A stretch of DNA of 52,827 nt, counting the filler, from Sphacelaria rigidula (lineage: Eukaryota), in assembly GCA_964200075.2 (NCBI GenBank). It is 4 parts of 4 records of this genome, joined end to end, with 100 filler letters (N's around TTAATTAATTAA, not from the genome) between each part and the next. Parts side by side here need not be neighbours in the genome. Positions count along the whole stretch, not along the records: positions 39,697 to 52,827 come from CAXNAA020003127.1; 3 more parts are not named here. The stretch is one strand, 5' to 3'. Of this stretch, positions 50,504 through 52,827 are shown in pieces (positions within the stretch are counted from its first letter, which is position 1; every line of letters starts with the position of its first letter). The notes under the pieces are model-generated. The model was given only the letters and a program-made list of their open reading frames with translations. It had not been told where the DNA came from and did no database searches. The position numbers and the translations under genes are program-made.

Positions 50504-50583
50504 AAAGGTTGCCCTGTCTCGAGAGGGATGCGTGGTCAATGGCCAAACGACTAAGGCAAGCAACAAATGAGTACGCCCCCCCC
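50504..50583 (+). mobile_element. Short diverged family A 3' end within a poly-C run
   Basis: GAGGGATGCGTGGTCAATGG...GACTAAGGCAAGC...ATGAGTACGCCCC between C tracts. Confidence 0.6.
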
Positions 50584-51516
50584 GCCCGCCCGCCCCCCCA
50601 GAGGCGGTCGAGAATGAGGAAAATCGAAAAATGGTGTCCAAAAGCCTTCCTCTGTTTCTTCGCCAGAATACGGAATTGAACGATACCTTCACCACCACGA
50701 TGCTGGCCTGTACCCGAGCAGCCCAAAACCGAGGAGTTTGAGTATATCAGTTTTTCTAGCGGCCGTAGGGGAGAGAATTTTTCGTGTGGATGATGACTTT
50801 CCTGTCAAGGTGACCACTGGATAATGACTTTGGTATAGGTGCTACAGTACTGTGGCCGCAGCGATGAAGAGGACCGCGTACTCAACACGTGGGCTCGATG
50901 GCGTTCTGTTTGTCCATCAAGAAAAGTGTACTACGAATTGTACGTGTTGCTGAGTGACATCAAAGGTAGATAGAGACTACTCCTATGACTTGACTGTATA
51001 ATTCCAACCGGATAAAAATGTTCCAAGTACTTCCATGGCATCAACCAACTGTAGATGATTCACAGGATGATCACTTGTTGCCCGCGTAGGCAGTGCCTGG
51101 GTTCGGACAGCTGAGTCGAAGGGCAACCTCTAAAGGTCGGCATACTGCACGGCGACACGGGCAGAGGGAACAAGGGAGGATCTCATGAAGAGGGTGTGCC
51201 TCGCGAAAGTAGTCAACAAGTCACAGTTCTGTATTCTTTATTCATGCTGGCATGATATGTTCTAGCAAGAAATGGGGGTCTTGCAACAACCACGGCTCCG
51301 TTTTAAGAACTTTCGACAAATATATGTATCGTGCCGCATGCTGTCGAGTCGATTATGAGGAGAGCATGCTGTTCCGACGAATAGTAATAGAGACACTTGA
51401 ACGTTACTTGGGTCGACCTCAATGGGGGTTGGAGGCACAGCCACGCCCATTCGTAGGTGCCGGAGATACGCGTCCATCTCGCGTTCACCCCTCCTAACCC
51501 TTGTGCAAATTTTGAT

Positions 51517-51665
51517 CAGGGTTGCACATCGGATATCAATAATCGATACGATTTCGATAAATATCGGCGATACGCAGTATCGATATCGGAGCGAACCAAA
51601 TCGATATTTTTCGATGCGTATCAATATCGAATACCGATATCGACTATCGATACGCTCGATATTTT
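51517..51665. mobile_element. Left end of a hAT-like element with ATCGAT subterminal repeats
   Basis: CAGGGTTGCACATCG start followed by dense ATCGAT/CGATA repeats. Partner end not found in window. Confidence 0.55.
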
Positions 51666-52281
51666 ACCCCTTTTCACTTACGTTTTTATGCTCAATCTCT
51701 CGAACCCGTTGCACAGGAACTGTAGGGGGGTGGGGGGGGATTTTCCAAACGGCAGACCCCCAGTTGGTTCAGCCCCACCCTCCGACACTCTACGAGGTCG
51801 CCTGCACACACCACACACCACACAACACACAGCCCCGCTGTATTCCACTCAGCGTCTGCGCATCACTTTCTGCGAAGCACAAAGGTGTACAACATGAGCC
51901 TTCAGACTGTCGGCTTTGTCGCCGGCCATAGTGCAGAGTGTGCAGTCGACGACATACGGGTGGCATGGCGGAGTAGATCTGAGGTCACGATCACTCCAAA
52001 GCTGCTGCAACTAAGAGTAGAAAAACAGCTGTCCTTCGGAGTCTGAGGAGATGGTAGCGTCATTTCGCCTTTTCCTTAGTGTTTGACGGGTGTTGCATTT
52101 ATTCCCCCCCCCCCCCCATCCATTTAGTCTGGACATGCTAATTGTTGCAAGCTTCTGTTTTTTTTCTTCTCGGTTGGTTGTTGGCATTCGGGGCCTATCT
52201 TAACGAGACTAAAAAATAAGCGAGAAACGGAACAAGCATCCAGTAGTAACATGACGAGCCACCACAACCATTGACGAGTGA

Positions 52282-52529
52282 TGCTACAGTACGGGTGCAT
52301 AAATATTTCTTGAGTCAGAATTGTTAGGAGCCCTTTATCGCATCCAAAACATGACTTTTAAAATATGTGAGAGTATGCCAGGAGTACTATTCCAATGTGC
52401 CAGGGATACACTATCCCGAATGAATTCACAAACGGGGGTGCCCTGACCCGTACTCTTGTGCATGTAGAATCCCTATGAGCCCCTAAAGCAGACAAGATTT
52501 TGCGCAAAAAGTGCACCCCTACCGTAGCA
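52282..52529. mobile_element. MITE, TGCTA...TAGCA family
   Basis: TGCTACAGTACGGGTGCA ... TGCACCCCTACCGTAGCA. Confidence 0.7.
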
Positions 52530-52827
52530 TTAATCTGACCCACCCGGCGATCAATCAACATGCTGATTTTGCCGCTTGTTTCGTCTAACGCTCCTTTTTT
52601 CTTGTCTTGATAAAAACAGGCCCCTAGTCTAAGCGTATATATATATATATATATTGTTTGGTATCCAAAAAATAAAGTTCGACGCATGCTGCCGACGTTT
52701 CCTATTATTGGTGGTGAAAAACGTTAAAAAAAAAAAAAAATGCAAAGTTGAGTTTGCGATTTCTCCCAATCCCCCCCCCCACACCCCCCACCCCCCCGGG
52801 AACACCCAGCGTCCGAAAAGTTATGCG

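Overview
Eukaryotic, intron-rich, repeat-rich DNA of about 50% GC. The splice signals and repeat families suggest a brown alga (Phaeophyceae/Ectocarpales-like); this is inference. The window is not one locus. It is four pieces of 13,132, 13,132, 13,132 and 13,131 bp joined by identical 100-bp linkers (N44-TTAATTAATTAA-N44), i.e. length-sorted contigs that were concatenated. Contig 1 (1-13132) carries a spliced minus-strand gene for a divergent SHAQKYF/GARP-type Myb protein with a downstream coiled-coil, a 2.27-kb non-autonomous hAT-like element with an 8-bp TSD, and many MITEs. Contig 2 (13233-26364) is transposon debris: an LTR, a gag-protease remnant whose two ORFs are in frame across one TGA, and a composite satellite. 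Contig 3 (26465-39596) holds a degenerate RTE-type LINE, the first three exons of RagA/Gtr1 GTPase and a tRNA-derived SINE. Contig 4 (39697-52827) holds a SEC14/CRAL-TRIO gene head-to-head with the 5' part of a probable NO66/RIOX1-like JmjC gene. No CRISPR, rRNA or intact tRNA was seen, and no clearly new system is demonstrated. The best leads are the atypical Myb-CC factor, a tail-less 5'-truncated retroelement family inserting at CCC, the possible gag-pol readthrough, and a MITE family always bordered by TGCTA/TAGCA.
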